A stretch of DNA of 64,000 bases from Candidatus Bathyarchaeota archaeon (lineage in GTDB: Archaea > Thermoproteota > Bathyarchaeia > Bathyarchaeales > Bathycorpusculaceae). A program made the position numbers and the translations under genes. Every line of letters starts with the position of its first letter. The stretch's first letter is position 1. Shown here one piece after another: positions 52,979 through 62,755 of the stretch. The stretch lies in the NCBI GenBank assembly GCA_963806535.1, contig CAWDYC010000007.1:32001-96000 (forward strand), read 5' to 3'. The notes beneath the pieces are model-generated. The model was given only the letters and a program-made list of their open reading frames with translations, ran no database searches and was not told the origin of the DNA.

Positions 52979-53812
52979 ATGTCTGTAGATATTGAAATAA
53001 TCTGTGTGGGCAACGAGCTGCTAATAGGCAAGATCCTGAACACAAATGCGTTTTGGCTATCCAAACAAGCCACGCAGCTTGGAGCAAACGTTAAGCGAAC
53101 AACGGTAATCCAAGACATCATTGAAGAAATTGGTAAATGCATCGTTGAAGCAATAGAGCGAAAACCACAGTTCATAATCACCACAGGTGGATTAGGGCCA
53201 ACTTTTGACGATAAAACGTTACAAGGCATAGCAAAAACATTAAACCGCAAATTACAAGTAAACCCAAAAGCATTGGCCATGATCAATCAAAAATGTATAG
53301 AATACGCGAAAAAACACCAATTATCAACAGAGATTGAGTTGACGGCGCCACGGGTTAAAATGGCAACCTTTCCAGAGGCCACAGAGGTCGTGAAAAACCC
53401 TGTTGGCACCGCGCCGGGGCTGCGAGTTGATGTAGATGGAACGGTTTTGTTTGCTTTGCCAGGCGTGCCTTCAGAAATGGAAGCTATTTTTATAGAAACA
53501 ATAGCGCCTATGATTAGACGAGCCGTCGGCGACAATGTTTTTTGTGAAAAAAGCATGTTCGTCGATAGCATGCCTGAATCCTATTTGGCGCCCCTAATCG
53601 ACCAAGCGATGGCTAACAATGAAGGCATCTACATAAAATCTCATGTATGCACAAAATCAAATCCAAATCCAGCCAAAAATAAGCCCCATATTGAAGTTCA
53701 CCTAACCATAAGAGCAAAGGAAGAAGAAAAGCCAGCTCAAAAGCTTTTGAAAGCCGCCGGGGAACTTGCAAGTTTAGTAGAGGCAAATGGCGGAAAAGTC
53801 AATATTGAATAA
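52979..53812 (+). CDS. CinA N-terminal-like molybdopterin-binding domain protein
   Basis: VGNELLIG, NTNA, TGGLGPTFDD, NPVGTAPG and LPGVPSEM motifs. Confidence 0.9.
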   Translation: MSVDIEIICVGNELLIGKILNTNAFWLSKQATQLGANVKRTTVIQDIIEEIGKCIVEAIERKPQFIITTGGLGPTFDDKTLQGIAKTLNRKLQVNPKALAMINQKCIEYAKKHQLSTEIELTAPRVKMATFPEATEVVKNPVGTAPGLRVDVDGTVLFALPGVPSEMEAIFIETIAPMIRRAVGDNVFCEKSMFVDSMPESYLAPLIDQAMANNEGIYIKSHVCTKSNPNPAKNKPHIEVHLTIRAKEEEKPAQKLLKAAGELASLVEANGGKVNIE

Positions 53813-53875
53813 AACTTTGACTTAGTAAACTTGATTAAAAAAGTGCGTTTGATTAGTTTTTTCTGAATGGAAGGA

Positions 53876-54044
53876 GTTATTGACGGTTTTTGCTGCAGTT
53901 TTTGTTCTTTGTGTTTTAAGTTGCTTTTCTGAAATAAAGCTTAATTTCTTTGCAGGTTGAGTCAAAAAAAGTCTAAAAAAGTCAGAAAAAGTTAAAATTA
54001 GTCAATAAAAGTCAATAAAAGTCAAAATAAGTCAATAAAAGTCC
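53876..54044 (-). repeat. Dispersed non-coding element, copy 2: 82 bp conserved segment plus 8.4 x 10-bp tandem array (GTCAATAAAA on the + strand)
   Basis: Units start exactly every 10 bp from 53961 to 54041; the adjoining segment matches 47046-47128 in inverted orientation. Confidence 0.85.
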
Positions 54045-54214
54045 TACTCTGACTCATTTCTTTCAGATACCTCTCTTTAAGTCCCGAAAAGACCCCTAAT
54101 ACATCAGCAAGCTCTAAAAACTGTTTCTGACCATTCGGCCTTAACTGAATTTAGAGCTAAAGAAAAATCAGGTTTAAATCTATCTTAAGAAAAGAAAAAT
54201 TAAAAAGGGAAAAA

Positions 54215-55390
54215 TTATGCTTTTTTGGCTTTTAGTGCTTGTTTAAGTATTTCTGCCTTGTCGGTTTTTTCCCAGCTAAATTCTGGTTCTTCCCTTCCGA
54301 AGTGGCCAAAAACCGCTGTTTTCTTGTAGATTGGTCTAAGCAGGTCAAGTTGTTCAATGATTGCTTTTGGTCTCATGTCAAAGTTCTTCTTAATGAGCTC
54401 AAGAATTTGCTCGTCTACCAATTTCCCAGTTTGGTAAGTATTGACTAGCACCGAAATAGGTTCAGCCACGCCGATTGCATATGAAATTTGTATTTCGCAT
54501 TGATCAGCTAACCCGGCTGCGACAACGTTTTTGGCGATGTATCTTGCCATGTAGCAGCCTGAACGGTCTACTTTTGATGGGTCTTTGCCGCTGAAACATC
54601 CGCCACCGTGGCTTCCAACTCCACCATATGTGTCAACAATGATTTTTCTGCCGGTTAAGCCTGAGTCTGCAAGTGTTCCGCCGATAACGAATCTGCCTGT
54701 ACCATTAATAACATATTTCACGTCTGGGCTCAGCATATCTGGTGGAATAACATATTTTATGACCTTTTCTATAATATCGTCCTTAAGTTTGGCGTCGTCG
54801 AGTGTTCCATTGTTTTGGGCAGCAATAACCACCGCAGTAACGCATTTTGGTTTGCCATTCTCATATTGTACTGTAACTTGAGATTTGCAGTCAGGACGCA
54901 GACAAGGAATAAGTTTAGTTTTTCTGCATTCAGCTAATCGTTTAACAAGTTTATGCGCCAGCATAATTGGTAGTGGCATAAGCTCTTTTGTCTCGTTGCT
55001 TGCGTAGCCAAAAACCATGCCTTGATCTCCGGCGCCTTGCTCGTGACCCGCGGTTTCGTTTACTCCCATTGCAATATCTGGAGACTGCGCGGTCAATGAA
55101 ACCAAAATGCCGCAGGTTTCCCAGTCCAAACCATCCTTCGCATTGTCAAACCCGATTTCTTTTAGGGTTTGGCGAACAATTTTTGGGATATCAATATAGG
55201 TGCAGGTGGTAATTTGACCAGTAATCATTACGGTTCCCTGCATAACGAGTGTTTCACAGTCAACTCGTGCTTTAGGGTCGTGGGTAAATATTGCGTCTAA
55301 AACGCTGTCGGATATTTGGTCTGATACTTTATCTGGGTGACCTTCACCGACTGATTCAGAAGTGAACAAATATTTTCCGTTTATTCTCAC
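54215..55390 (-). CDS. metK: S-adenosylmethionine synthetase, bacterial/eukaryal type
   Basis: [50 protein letters not shown] and GHFGR; probable GTG start at 55390. Confidence 0.96.
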   Translation of the reverse strand: MRINGKYLFTSESVGEGHPDKVSDQISDSVLDAIFTHDPKARVDCETLVMQGTVMITGQITTCTYIDIPKIVRQTLKEIGFDNAKDGLDWETCGILVSLTAQSPDIAMGVNETAGHEQGAGDQGMVFGYASNETKELMPLPIMLAHKLVKRLAECRKTKLIPCLRPDCKSQVTVQYENGKPKCVTAVVIAAQNNGTLDDAKLKDDIIEKVIKYVIPPDMLSPDVKYVINGTGRFVIGGTLADSGLTGRKIIVDTYGGVGSHGGGCFSGKDPSKVDRSGCYMARYIAKNVVAAGLADQCEIQISYAIGVAEPISVLVNTYQTGKLVDEQILELIKKNFDMRPKAIIEQLDLLRPIYKKTAVFGHFGREEPEFSWEKTDKAEILKQALKAKKA

Positions 55391-55551
55391 AGGAATCTTT
55401 CTCCATGCTTTAATGAATAAGAACATAAGTAACTTGGCGTTTTTCTTAAAAGTCTTTCTGAAAAACAAGCATCTAATTAACGAAGAACAATAGTTGAACT
55501 CAGGACAAAAACCATTTTAACCCGTTAAACACCCAGAAGAATGAGAAAGAA

Positions 55552-55929
55552 ATGAAAAAAATCATATTTACTGAAAAAGCGCCAAAACCTATAGGTCCTT
55601 ACAATCAAGCAGTATTAGTGGGAAAATTTCTATTTGTCTCAGGGCAGCTTGGAATTGATCCAAAGGAAGGAAAAATAGTTGCCAGCGACATCACATTGCA
55701 GACAAAGCAAGTTATGGAGAACATAAAAGCTATTTTGAAAGCTGCAGGGTTCAGTCTTAGAGACATCGTTCAATCAAACGTTTTTCTTTCTTCAATGGTT
55801 TTATTTGATGAGTTTAACAAAGAGTATGCCAGGTTTTTTGATGGAGAATTTCCGGCGCGGGCAACAGTTGGCGTGGAATTGAAGGGGAACGCGTTAATTG
55901 AGGTTTCAGTAGTTGCTTACAAAAAATAA
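55552..55929 (+). CDS. ridA: RidA/YjgF family reactive-intermediate deaminase
   Basis: APKPIGPYNQA, SGQLG, FPARATV and IEVS motifs. Confidence 0.9.
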   Translation: MKKIIFTEKAPKPIGPYNQAVLVGKFLFVSGQLGIDPKEGKIVASDITLQTKQVMENIKAILKAAGFSLRDIVQSNVFLSSMVLFDEFNKEYARFFDGEFPARATVGVELKGNALIEVSVVAYKK

Positions 55930-56047
55930 GCCGTTTTTCATTGGCGCCTTTTTTCAAATTAATCAGAATGGCGGTACCCTAAACGTCACAAGCTGTTACT
56001 TCATCCATTCTTCGGCTGATGTTTCGTTGTTTTTATTTGGAATAACG

Positions 56048-57310
56048 TTACTTTTGGTTCCAATAAATATTGTATGCTGAAACGAAAGCAGTAAAGTCTT
56101 TAGAGTCTATTTTGCCGTCATGATTAAAGTCCGCCGCAGGATTAACATAGCCATTATTCCAATAAGAATTGTAAGCTCGCGAGAAGGCTATAAAGTCATT
56201 TCCGTCAACTCTAAAGTCGCCATTCAAGTCGCCTTTAGGAGTTACCCCGAGTGTTATTGGCGAAAAAGTGTTAGCCTGCCCCGATGAAGACTCAACATAG
56301 GCAGTAATCGTATAGTTTCCTATAGGCAAGTTTTCGCTGCCCAAAGAGCTGTTTATAATTATTGAGTTTCCGCTACCTAAAGTCTCCGTTCCATTGTATA
56401 TTAAGGTTGAAAAGTTTTTGGAAGTTGCAATCAAGTGAAATTGCGCGGTCTCTGAAGAGCTGCCCTTATTCTGCAATGAAATGCCTACGGGGAATGTAAA
56501 ACCGGACTCCACAAGAGATTGCTGCAGCATAATGTTAGTAACTGTAATGTTTGAAGGTGAAGAAGCAGTGGTAGCAGAATCAACAGGATTTATCAAAAAT
56601 ACAGGGTCAGCAAACCAACAATTGGCATTTGCTGATACATCACGCCCTTCAAACCAAGGAACCACAGAATCGATCTGAACAGAACTACATGAATAAGGTG
56701 CAAAGGGCAATGAATTAGACGAAATTGTAACATAATTATAATACGTAGTTGGAACTGTCAAATCCCAAGTTATCTGCGTCCAATCTTGACCCCAATGAAC
56801 ATAAGTTATTCCTCCCGTAAAACTGCTATAATCTTGTTCGATTTCTGCATTTTGCGGGTGCCCTGCTTGATGCCCCGCAGTATCAACAGTGGCTATTCCA
56901 TAACCCAAATTACTATGAATGTAAAAGTCTAAGCCTATTTCTGCTCCAGAATATTGACTGTTACTTGTGTAGGTTGCAGTTTTTATCCATGCCGAAAACA
57001 CAATATGGTCGCCTGGTTTAACGTTGAGCCAAGCTCCGTCAACCTCTCTTGTACCCCTAACATAGTCTGGTCCCGTCCGAATACTAACATCACCATTATG
57101 AAGAGTGCCATAATCAAGAGACGCATAAGAAGCAGCTGCACCATTCATATCAGGATAGAAGGCACTAATAGGTTCCAAATTTAGTGAAGAAGAGGGGGAA
57201 ACCGTAGTTGTACTATGAACAAGCAAAGTCAAGAACGGAAATAATGCCAAAACCACAAGAAACAACAAACAAAAAGATTTACGACTATTCTTAATTACGC
57301 ATCCCCTCAT
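56048..57310 (-). CDS. Secreted protein with CARDB-like and C-terminal dockerin-like domains
   Basis: Signal peptide; GDLNGDFRVDGNDF and ADFNHDGKIDSKDF repeats; start uncertain (57301-57328). Confidence 0.78.
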   Translation of the reverse strand: MRGCVIKNSRKSFCLLFLVVLALFPFLTLLVHSTTTVSPSSSLNLEPISAFYPDMNGAAASYASLDYGTLHNGDVSIRTGPDYVRGTREVDGAWLNVKPGDHIVFSAWIKTATYTSNSQYSGAEIGLDFYIHSNLGYGIATVDTAGHQAGHPQNAEIEQDYSSFTGGITYVHWGQDWTQITWDLTVPTTYYNYVTISSNSLPFAPYSCSSVQIDSVVPWFEGRDVSANANCWFADPVFLINPVDSATTASSPSNITVTNIMLQQSLVESGFTFPVGISLQNKGSSSETAQFHLIATSKNFSTLIYNGTETLGSGNSIIINSSLGSENLPIGNYTITAYVESSSGQANTFSPITLGVTPKGDLNGDFRVDGNDFIAFSRAYNSYWNNGYVNPAADFNHDGKIDSKDFTAFVSAYNIYWNQK

Positions 57311-57515
57311 CCCGTAATCCTCAAACATAGCCTGAGGGCTTTCCTTTGATGCTAAGGCTAATTTGCTTTATCTACATAGAATATATGGAAAATAGGAGCC
57401 ACAATAGTTGGAAGATTTACTCGTTGAGATTTTTTGTTGTAATTAAATAGACCAAAGGTATTCTTTTCGGCAAATTATAAAAACCTTATAAGACTTAGTT
57501 AAAGCAGTGCAAAAC

Positions 57516-58142
57516 ATGGCTTCATCGCTAAAAAAGTTTATACAAGAAATCGCTGGAAAAAAAGCCCCAGGACCATCAACTACATTCACCGTATTCCATG
57601 TTTTCTATTCTTTAGAGCTAATGTCTCAGAAACCTATAGGCAGAAACAAATTAGCCAAGAAACTAAATGTTGGAGACGGAGCTGTACGCACAATAATAAG
57701 TAGGCTCAGAAATGCCCGTTTAATTGAAACCTCAAAAGAAGGATGCAGTTTAACAAAAAAAGGCGCAGATATTTGGAAGCAATTTGAGGAGATTTTTCCC
57801 AAACGCGTCGAAATCGTGAAATCTGAACTAAATCAATCTGATAATAATTTTGCTTTTCTAGTTAAAAACAGTGGACAAAAGGTACAATCTGGAATTGATC
57901 AACGAGACGCAGCTATAATTGCTGGCGCACGTAAGGCCCTAGTTATCGTTTTCAAAGAGGGGCATTTACGTATTGAATCAGTCAGCAATTGCATAGAGAA
58001 AGAATACCCAACGGCGGCAAACCAAATTCTTCAAGAATTAAGCCCTGAGGAAAACGATGTCATCATAGTTGCTGGCGCGGATTCAGCTTTTAAGGCTAAA
58101 CGTGGAGCTTTTGCAGCCAGCTGGTCACTTATTACCGCTTGA
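57516..58142 (+). CDS. Winged-helix regulator (DUF4443/DUF2111-like)
   Basis: PIGRNKLAKKLNVGDGAVRTII HTH and GIDQRDAAIIAGA. Confidence 0.75.
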   Translation: MASSLKKFIQEIAGKKAPGPSTTFTVFHVFYSLELMSQKPIGRNKLAKKLNVGDGAVRTIISRLRNARLIETSKEGCSLTKKGADIWKQFEEIFPKRVEIVKSELNQSDNNFAFLVKNSGQKVQSGIDQRDAAIIAGARKALVIVFKEGHLRIESVSNCIEKEYPTAANQILQELSPEENDVIIVAGADSAFKAKRGAFAASWSLITA

Positions 58143-58144
58143 GT

Positions 58145-58906
58145 TTATGTTGTGTATTTTTCGCCTTCGTTTAAAATCCGTTCAAGAGTCGTATTAATGT
58201 TGGTCATTCCCTCATTTGTTTTTGAAGAAAGAGGCATAAGCAAGAATTTCATACCGAGTTTATTTATCGCTTGCATCATATTACGGCTAAAAAGGCGTTT
58301 CGTACCTTCTAGTTTCTCTTCTATGGCGTCTTCAAGTGCTCTGGTGTTAGCTGACCAAGAAGCAATTGCCTGAACATCCTTTTTCGGTAACAAATCAGTT
58401 TTAGACAGCACATGAAGTTGGGGCTGGAAAAAACGGTTGAAAACAGCGGCTGAAAGAAACATGTTTGAGACATAGTTAAGTGGGTTAATTGAGAAGACTG
58501 CGTCAAAGAGGTAAATTAACGCCTTAGGCTCTTTTGTTAACTCGTTGACTATATACGGTCCGCTTGCTCTAAAGGCAAATAATTCCATTTGTCCAGGAGT
58601 ATCAACTAAAACAAAGTCAGCGTGAGCTTCCTCGATATCACGGGTTAAATTTTCAATTTCATCCGCAATTAAATCAGCGGCCATAATCAAAGCGCCATTC
58701 GGCCCCAAACCATACTTCTCCATTATATCGCCAACATCAACGTAATTGCGTACATCAACATCTGGAGAATATGGAAGTTTTAATGCTCCAGGATCCAAAT
58801 TGACCACAGCAACATCTTGTTTTGACATTTTCAGCCATTCACTAAACGCGGCTGTAAAAAGGGACTTACCAGAACCAGCTGTTCCAATAATAAACGTAAG
58901 AGGCAC
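58145..58906 (-). CDS. GPN-loop GTPase
   Basis: GTAGSGKS, NLDPG, LGPNG, DTPGQME and SKTD; GTG start at 58906 after a GGAG. Confidence 0.93.
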   Translation of the reverse strand: MPLTFIIGTAGSGKSLFTAAFSEWLKMSKQDVAVVNLDPGALKLPYSPDVDVRNYVDVGDIMEKYGLGPNGALIMAADLIADEIENLTRDIEEAHADFVLVDTPGQMELFAFRASGPYIVNELTKEPKALIYLFDAVFSINPLNYVSNMFLSAAVFNRFFQPQLHVLSKTDLLPKKDVQAIASWSANTRALEDAIEEKLEGTKRLFSRNMMQAINKLGMKFLLMPLSSKTNEGMTNINTTLERILNEGEKYTT

Positions 58907-59084
58907 TTTAATATCTCCAACCAACGATTGAATCATTCTAAAAGTAATAACCTTTCTGTAATAATCCCTTTTATTGTAACTAGTTTTAGTTTTTAGACCT
59001 ATGATTAGCCAACGGAGGATGAGTGTTATGCAGAGTGTGTAGCTAAACCAAATGGGCTTGGGTGTAATCATTTTAAAACTAATT

Positions 59085-59191
59085 GCTCAGCGAATCTAAC
59101 GTTCAACAAGGTGGGATAAGATTGGGGATTATATGGGCTGTTAAACGTTGATTCGCTGAGGCATTCCATTTGATGGACTGTATTTCTCGGC
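59085..59191 (-). ncRNA. Candidate structured small RNA B (may extend to about 58981)
   Basis: Stem of about 21 bp (59086-59108 with 59139-59160); TATA-like CTTAAG 25 nt upstream of a GCC start; stem homologous to RNA A. Confidence 0.55.
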
Positions 59192-59315
59192 AATAGGACA
59201 TACTATCATGGCGATTCTTAAGAATTTCACAAATATTCTATAGATTAAAAAGTAAACTACATTGAATTAGTAGGTGAGATCATTATTCTGCAGAATTTCA
59301 TTTTTAACACTTAAG

Positions 59316-59470
59316 AAAAAAAAGTCGTATCTGCCTTGGCGGATCAACGATAACTAGGAGCGTGCATAGGAAACGGGGAGGAGTCATGGCAAAATAGGAG
59401 TGGCTCACACCTGTGTCAGCGTTGATTCGCCAAGGCTACTGGTCGAGTGGTGAGGTAGCCGCCTTATGGC
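59316..59470 (-). ncRNA. Candidate structured small RNA A (about 155 nt)
   Basis: 17-bp stem with one mismatch (59333-59349 with 59420-59436); 5' hairpin GGCTAC/GTAGCC; TATA-like CTTAAT 25 nt upstream of a GCC start; T8 tract at 59323-59316. Confidence 0.6.
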
Positions 59471-59650
59471 TAAACTATTGAAGCGTAACCTAGAAATTAA
59501 GAGTTATACCAATAAACTATGTAGAAAATAGAAAACAATTTAATGTTTTATGGAGATAACCAATTTTTGGAAAAAGTATTGCTGAATTAAAATGGAAATC
59601 AAAATGCTTACCTATGAGAAATTAACTAATAACTTAGTGTAGTGCTTTGT

Positions 59651-59893
59651 TTATCTAAATGTTGCGCGTATCAATCGCTGGTAAATATAGATAAAGTAGA
59701 TTGCAGCGAAAGCTGTTAGTGTCACTTCAATTGTTAGGATTGATGGGCTTGACTCTACCGCTTTGAAATACCCTTGCATGAGGATGTCGGAAAAGACAAG
59801 GATTTGGAGGAAAATTGCACCGCCTAAACAGCTTAAGCCTAAACTGTGAATAACTAGGCTGATTCGATGATTTAGTTTTGGGTCGATAGTCAT
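59651..59893 (-). CDS. Small two-TM membrane protein
   Basis: 80 aa ORF with ATG, two hydrophobic segments and a promoter-like CTTAAG upstream. Confidence 0.65.
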   Translation of the reverse strand: MTIDPKLNHRISLVIHSLGLSCLGGAIFLQILVFSDILMQGYFKAVESSPSILTIEVTLTAFAAIYFIYIYQRLIRATFR

Positions 59894-59990
59894 TGGTTAT
59901 CGGAATACTAGCAGTATCATATTAAGACTTAAGATTTATGAAGATAAAAGCTGAATTACAAATTAATTTGGAAAAAAAGAATGTTAGAGT

Positions 59991-60821
59991 CTACCCGAAC
60001 ATGCCCTTTATATAATTTGTAGTCAATTCACTTTCAGGCTTCTCGAAAAGAGTTTTGGTTTCATTGAACTCAATAAGCTCACCAACATACATAAAAGCTG
60101 TATAATCGGAAACCCTTAGCGCTTGCTGTAAGTTATGTGTAACTATTATAACAGTGTATTTTTCTTTAAGCTCTCCGACAAGGGATTCGATTCTTGAAGT
60201 AGCAGCTGGATCTAATGCGCTGCAGGGTTCATCCATCAGAATCAGTTCAGGTTCAGCAGCCAATGCGCGGGCTATGCACAGCCTTTGCTGTTGCCCACCT
60301 GAGAGACAAAAAGCGCTTTCATTCAATCGATCTTTTACTTCATCCCACAACCCAGCGCCTATAAGGCTATTTTCGACAATTTCCTTAAGTTTTTCTCCTT
60401 TCGCCGTGTTATGTATTCTAGGTCCAAAAGCTACATTTTCAAAAATTGATTTTGGGAATGGATTTGGTTTTTGAAAAACCATTCCAATTTTTCTCCTTAA
60501 GTCGTAAACATTACTATCGTCTCCATAAATATTTTGACCGCCAAAAATTATTTCGCCTGAGGTTTTGCAGCCAATAATAAAATCATTCATTCGATTAATT
60601 GACCGCAGAAGTGTTGATTTACCGCATCCTGAAGGACCCATTATAGCAGTTGTTGCATTTTCTCTTATTCCTATATCGACATCTTTCAGAACATGATTGT
60701 TTTTGAACCATAGATTGAATTTTTTTGTTTGGACTTTTCCCAAGTTTCCTCCTCCGGGTGACGAGTTGGCATTAACAAATGGTTTACCGTCCTTTCGTGT
60801 CTCAATTGGCTTCGATAACAA
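59991..60821 (-). CDS. pstB: Phosphate ABC transporter ATP-binding protein PstB
   Basis: [36 protein letters not shown] and [10 protein letters not shown] motifs. Confidence 0.95.
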   Translation of the reverse strand: MLSKPIETRKDGKPFVNANSSPGGGNLGKVQTKKFNLWFKNNHVLKDVDIGIRENATTAIMGPSGCGKSTLLRSINRMNDFIIGCKTSGEIIFGGQNIYGDDSNVYDLRRKIGMVFQKPNPFPKSIFENVAFGPRIHNTAKGEKLKEIVENSLIGAGLWDEVKDRLNESAFCLSGGQQQRLCIARALAAEPELILMDEPCSALDPAATSRIESLVGELKEKYTVIIVTHNLQQALRVSDYTAFMYVGELIEFNETKTLFEKPESELTTNYIKGMFG

Positions 60822-60983
60822 TATTTGGTCTCCTTGGCATTTCTGCTGAAAATGTGAGCTCGTTTGGTTATATTGGTTTCCACAATAGGCATTATAGTAT
60901 ATATATTCTGTTTAGGCAACGAATTTATTATATAATTCATGAATAGGACACATACTTGCTAGCTTATTATGTGAGAAGGATCA

Positions 60984-62024
60984 ATGGTGTGGCAAACGAA
61001 ACAAGATGAAGAAACAAGAAAGGTCCAATTTACTGGCGGCTCAACTTATATTATTTCTCTTCCCAAAAGATGGATCTCTCAAAATCGAATAGAAAAAGGA
61101 AGCTTTATAAAATTACGTGAGGAAGAAGGCGGACTCTTAACAATTGTTCCACCAGGTTCATTAATTCATAACAAATTGGAAGAAGCAGTAATAAAAGTGT
61201 CTCTTGATGATGATTCCGAATCAATCACTCGAAAGATGGTGTCTGCCTATTTAGCAGGTTATGATTCAATTTACGTTAAAGCAGACAAACAGAATTTTTC
61301 AAATAAGCAAAGGCATGAAATGAAAAATTTTGTTCGACACATGCTTGTTGGAACCGAAATCGTAAGCGACACTTCCAATCAATTAATCTTGCAAGTTCTC
61401 TTAAGTTTTCCTGAATTGACCATTCAAAGCGCTTTAAGAAGAATGAGCATAATCACCAAATCGATGCACAATGACGCTGTAACGTGTATTACAACAAACG
61501 ATAAAGGACTTGCCAAAGAGGTCGTATCAACAGATAATGAGGTAGACAGATTCAATCTTTATGTAACTAGACTTTTGAAGACAGCCGTATACAGCCCACG
61601 ACTAATCAAAGAAATTGGGCTTCTAAACGGAGACGATTGTTTAGGATATCGCCTGGTAACAAAGTATGTTGAACGCACTGCTGACCATGCAGTGAGGATA
61701 GCAGAAAATGCATTGAACCTCAAGAGTACTCCAAATCATGAAATCACTCAAAGAATTGAAAAAATGAGCACAGCTGCCATAGAAATGTTTAGCAACGCAA
61801 TGGAATCGTTGTTTAGGCAAGACTACAAAGGCGCAGAAAAAATAATTCAAAGTCTCAAACAGCTTATAGACTTTGAAAAAGATGCCGTGTTGTTGTCTCA
61901 GTCAGATATAGAGCAAGATGCTATTTTGCGTTTGATTATTGAAAGCATAAAGAGAACCGCTGAATACGCGTGCGATATTTCGGAGATTGTTCTAAATTTG
62001 ACTATTGGTTCAATACTCGTGTGA
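60984..62024 (+). CDS. phoU: Archaeal phosphate uptake regulator (AbrB-like N-domain + PhoU domains)
   Basis: RKVQFTGGSTYIISLPKRW, DNEVDR, ERTADHA and KRTAEYACDISE motifs. Confidence 0.9.
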   Translation: MVWQTKQDEETRKVQFTGGSTYIISLPKRWISQNRIEKGSFIKLREEEGGLLTIVPPGSLIHNKLEEAVIKVSLDDDSESITRKMVSAYLAGYDSIYVKADKQNFSNKQRHEMKNFVRHMLVGTEIVSDTSNQLILQVLLSFPELTIQSALRRMSIITKSMHNDAVTCITTNDKGLAKEVVSTDNEVDRFNLYVTRLLKTAVYSPRLIKEIGLLNGDDCLGYRLVTKYVERTADHAVRIAENALNLKSTPNHEITQRIEKMSTAAIEMFSNAMESLFRQDYKGAEKIIQSLKQLIDFEKDAVLLSQSDIEQDAILRLIIESIKRTAEYACDISEIVLNLTIGSILV

Positions 62025-62030
62025 TATGAT

Positions 62031-62558
62031 ATGGCCGAAGAATTTCGCAGTTATTTTTCGGAGTTTAAGAAAAATTTCGTCACTAAGATTGAAAAGTATA
62101 CTTCCAATAGGGTGATAGTTACAGATGTATTATCGAAACTTGTTATGACATTTGGGGTAGTTCTAATTATTGGTGGACTTTACTTAATGCTTTTCAATTC
62201 AGGGACTTCTCCTGAATCTAGCATGTTAGCAGTATCCACCCTTGGTTGGATTCCGGGAATTCCTTTCAGTGTTGGCGACCTATCTCAGCGGGGAACATCA
62301 GTTGTTGGACTGGCTTCTTGGGTCATAGGCGTTGATCTTCTTTTAGTCGGATTGGGTTTCTGGGTAAGAAACAAATTAGCTCGTTTTATTGGCATGGCAA
62401 TATTTATGTTAGCAACAATTTTTCAATTTATAGGCTTCCTTTACGCTGGAATAATTGGCTCGCCCAGTTCGGCTGTTGGCTTTTGTGTGAACGGAGTCTT
62501 AGTATTTTTCTTATTCTCTAGATTTGATTTAGAAAAGAATCAGATAAAAAGTATTTAG
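62031..62558 (+). CDS. Membrane protein of unknown function
   Basis: Four hydrophobic helices; starts 6 bp after phoU. Confidence 0.7.
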   Translation: MAEEFRSYFSEFKKNFVTKIEKYTSNRVIVTDVLSKLVMTFGVVLIIGGLYLMLFNSGTSPESSMLAVSTLGWIPGIPFSVGDLSQRGTSVVGLASWVIGVDLLLVGLGFWVRNKLARFIGMAIFMLATIFQFIGFLYAGIIGSPSSAVGFCVNGVLVFFLFSRFDLEKNQIKSI

Positions 62559-62755
62559 GTGTTAATCAGGGCTTAGATGTGACTGCAGTTTTGTTCGGTT
62601 AATTAATCAGGTTTTGTTATTTAGATTCTAGTCGGCGGGTCGAATCTTCCATAAAATCCCATGAACTGAAAACCATCGTGGAATTATGCGCTATTCAACG
62701 ACAGTAATAAGTCGGCTTTGATTTAGACTATATTCGAATTTCAAGTAAACAAAAA

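Noticed and set aside
53961-54044. CRISPR array
   Set aside because: Units are 10 bp and contiguous with no spacers; no cas genes in the window.
58907-59071. N-terminal extension of the GPN GTPase in the ORF track
   Set aside because: The family begins just before the P-loop; GTG at 58906 has a GGAG upstream, and the extension overlaps a hairpin.
59086-59436. Integron attC sites or an rRNA fragment (GTTGATCCGCC resembles the 16S 5' end)
   Set aside because: No integrase or cassette ORFs, only one copy has an RYYYAAC box, and similarity to 16S stops after about 10 nt.
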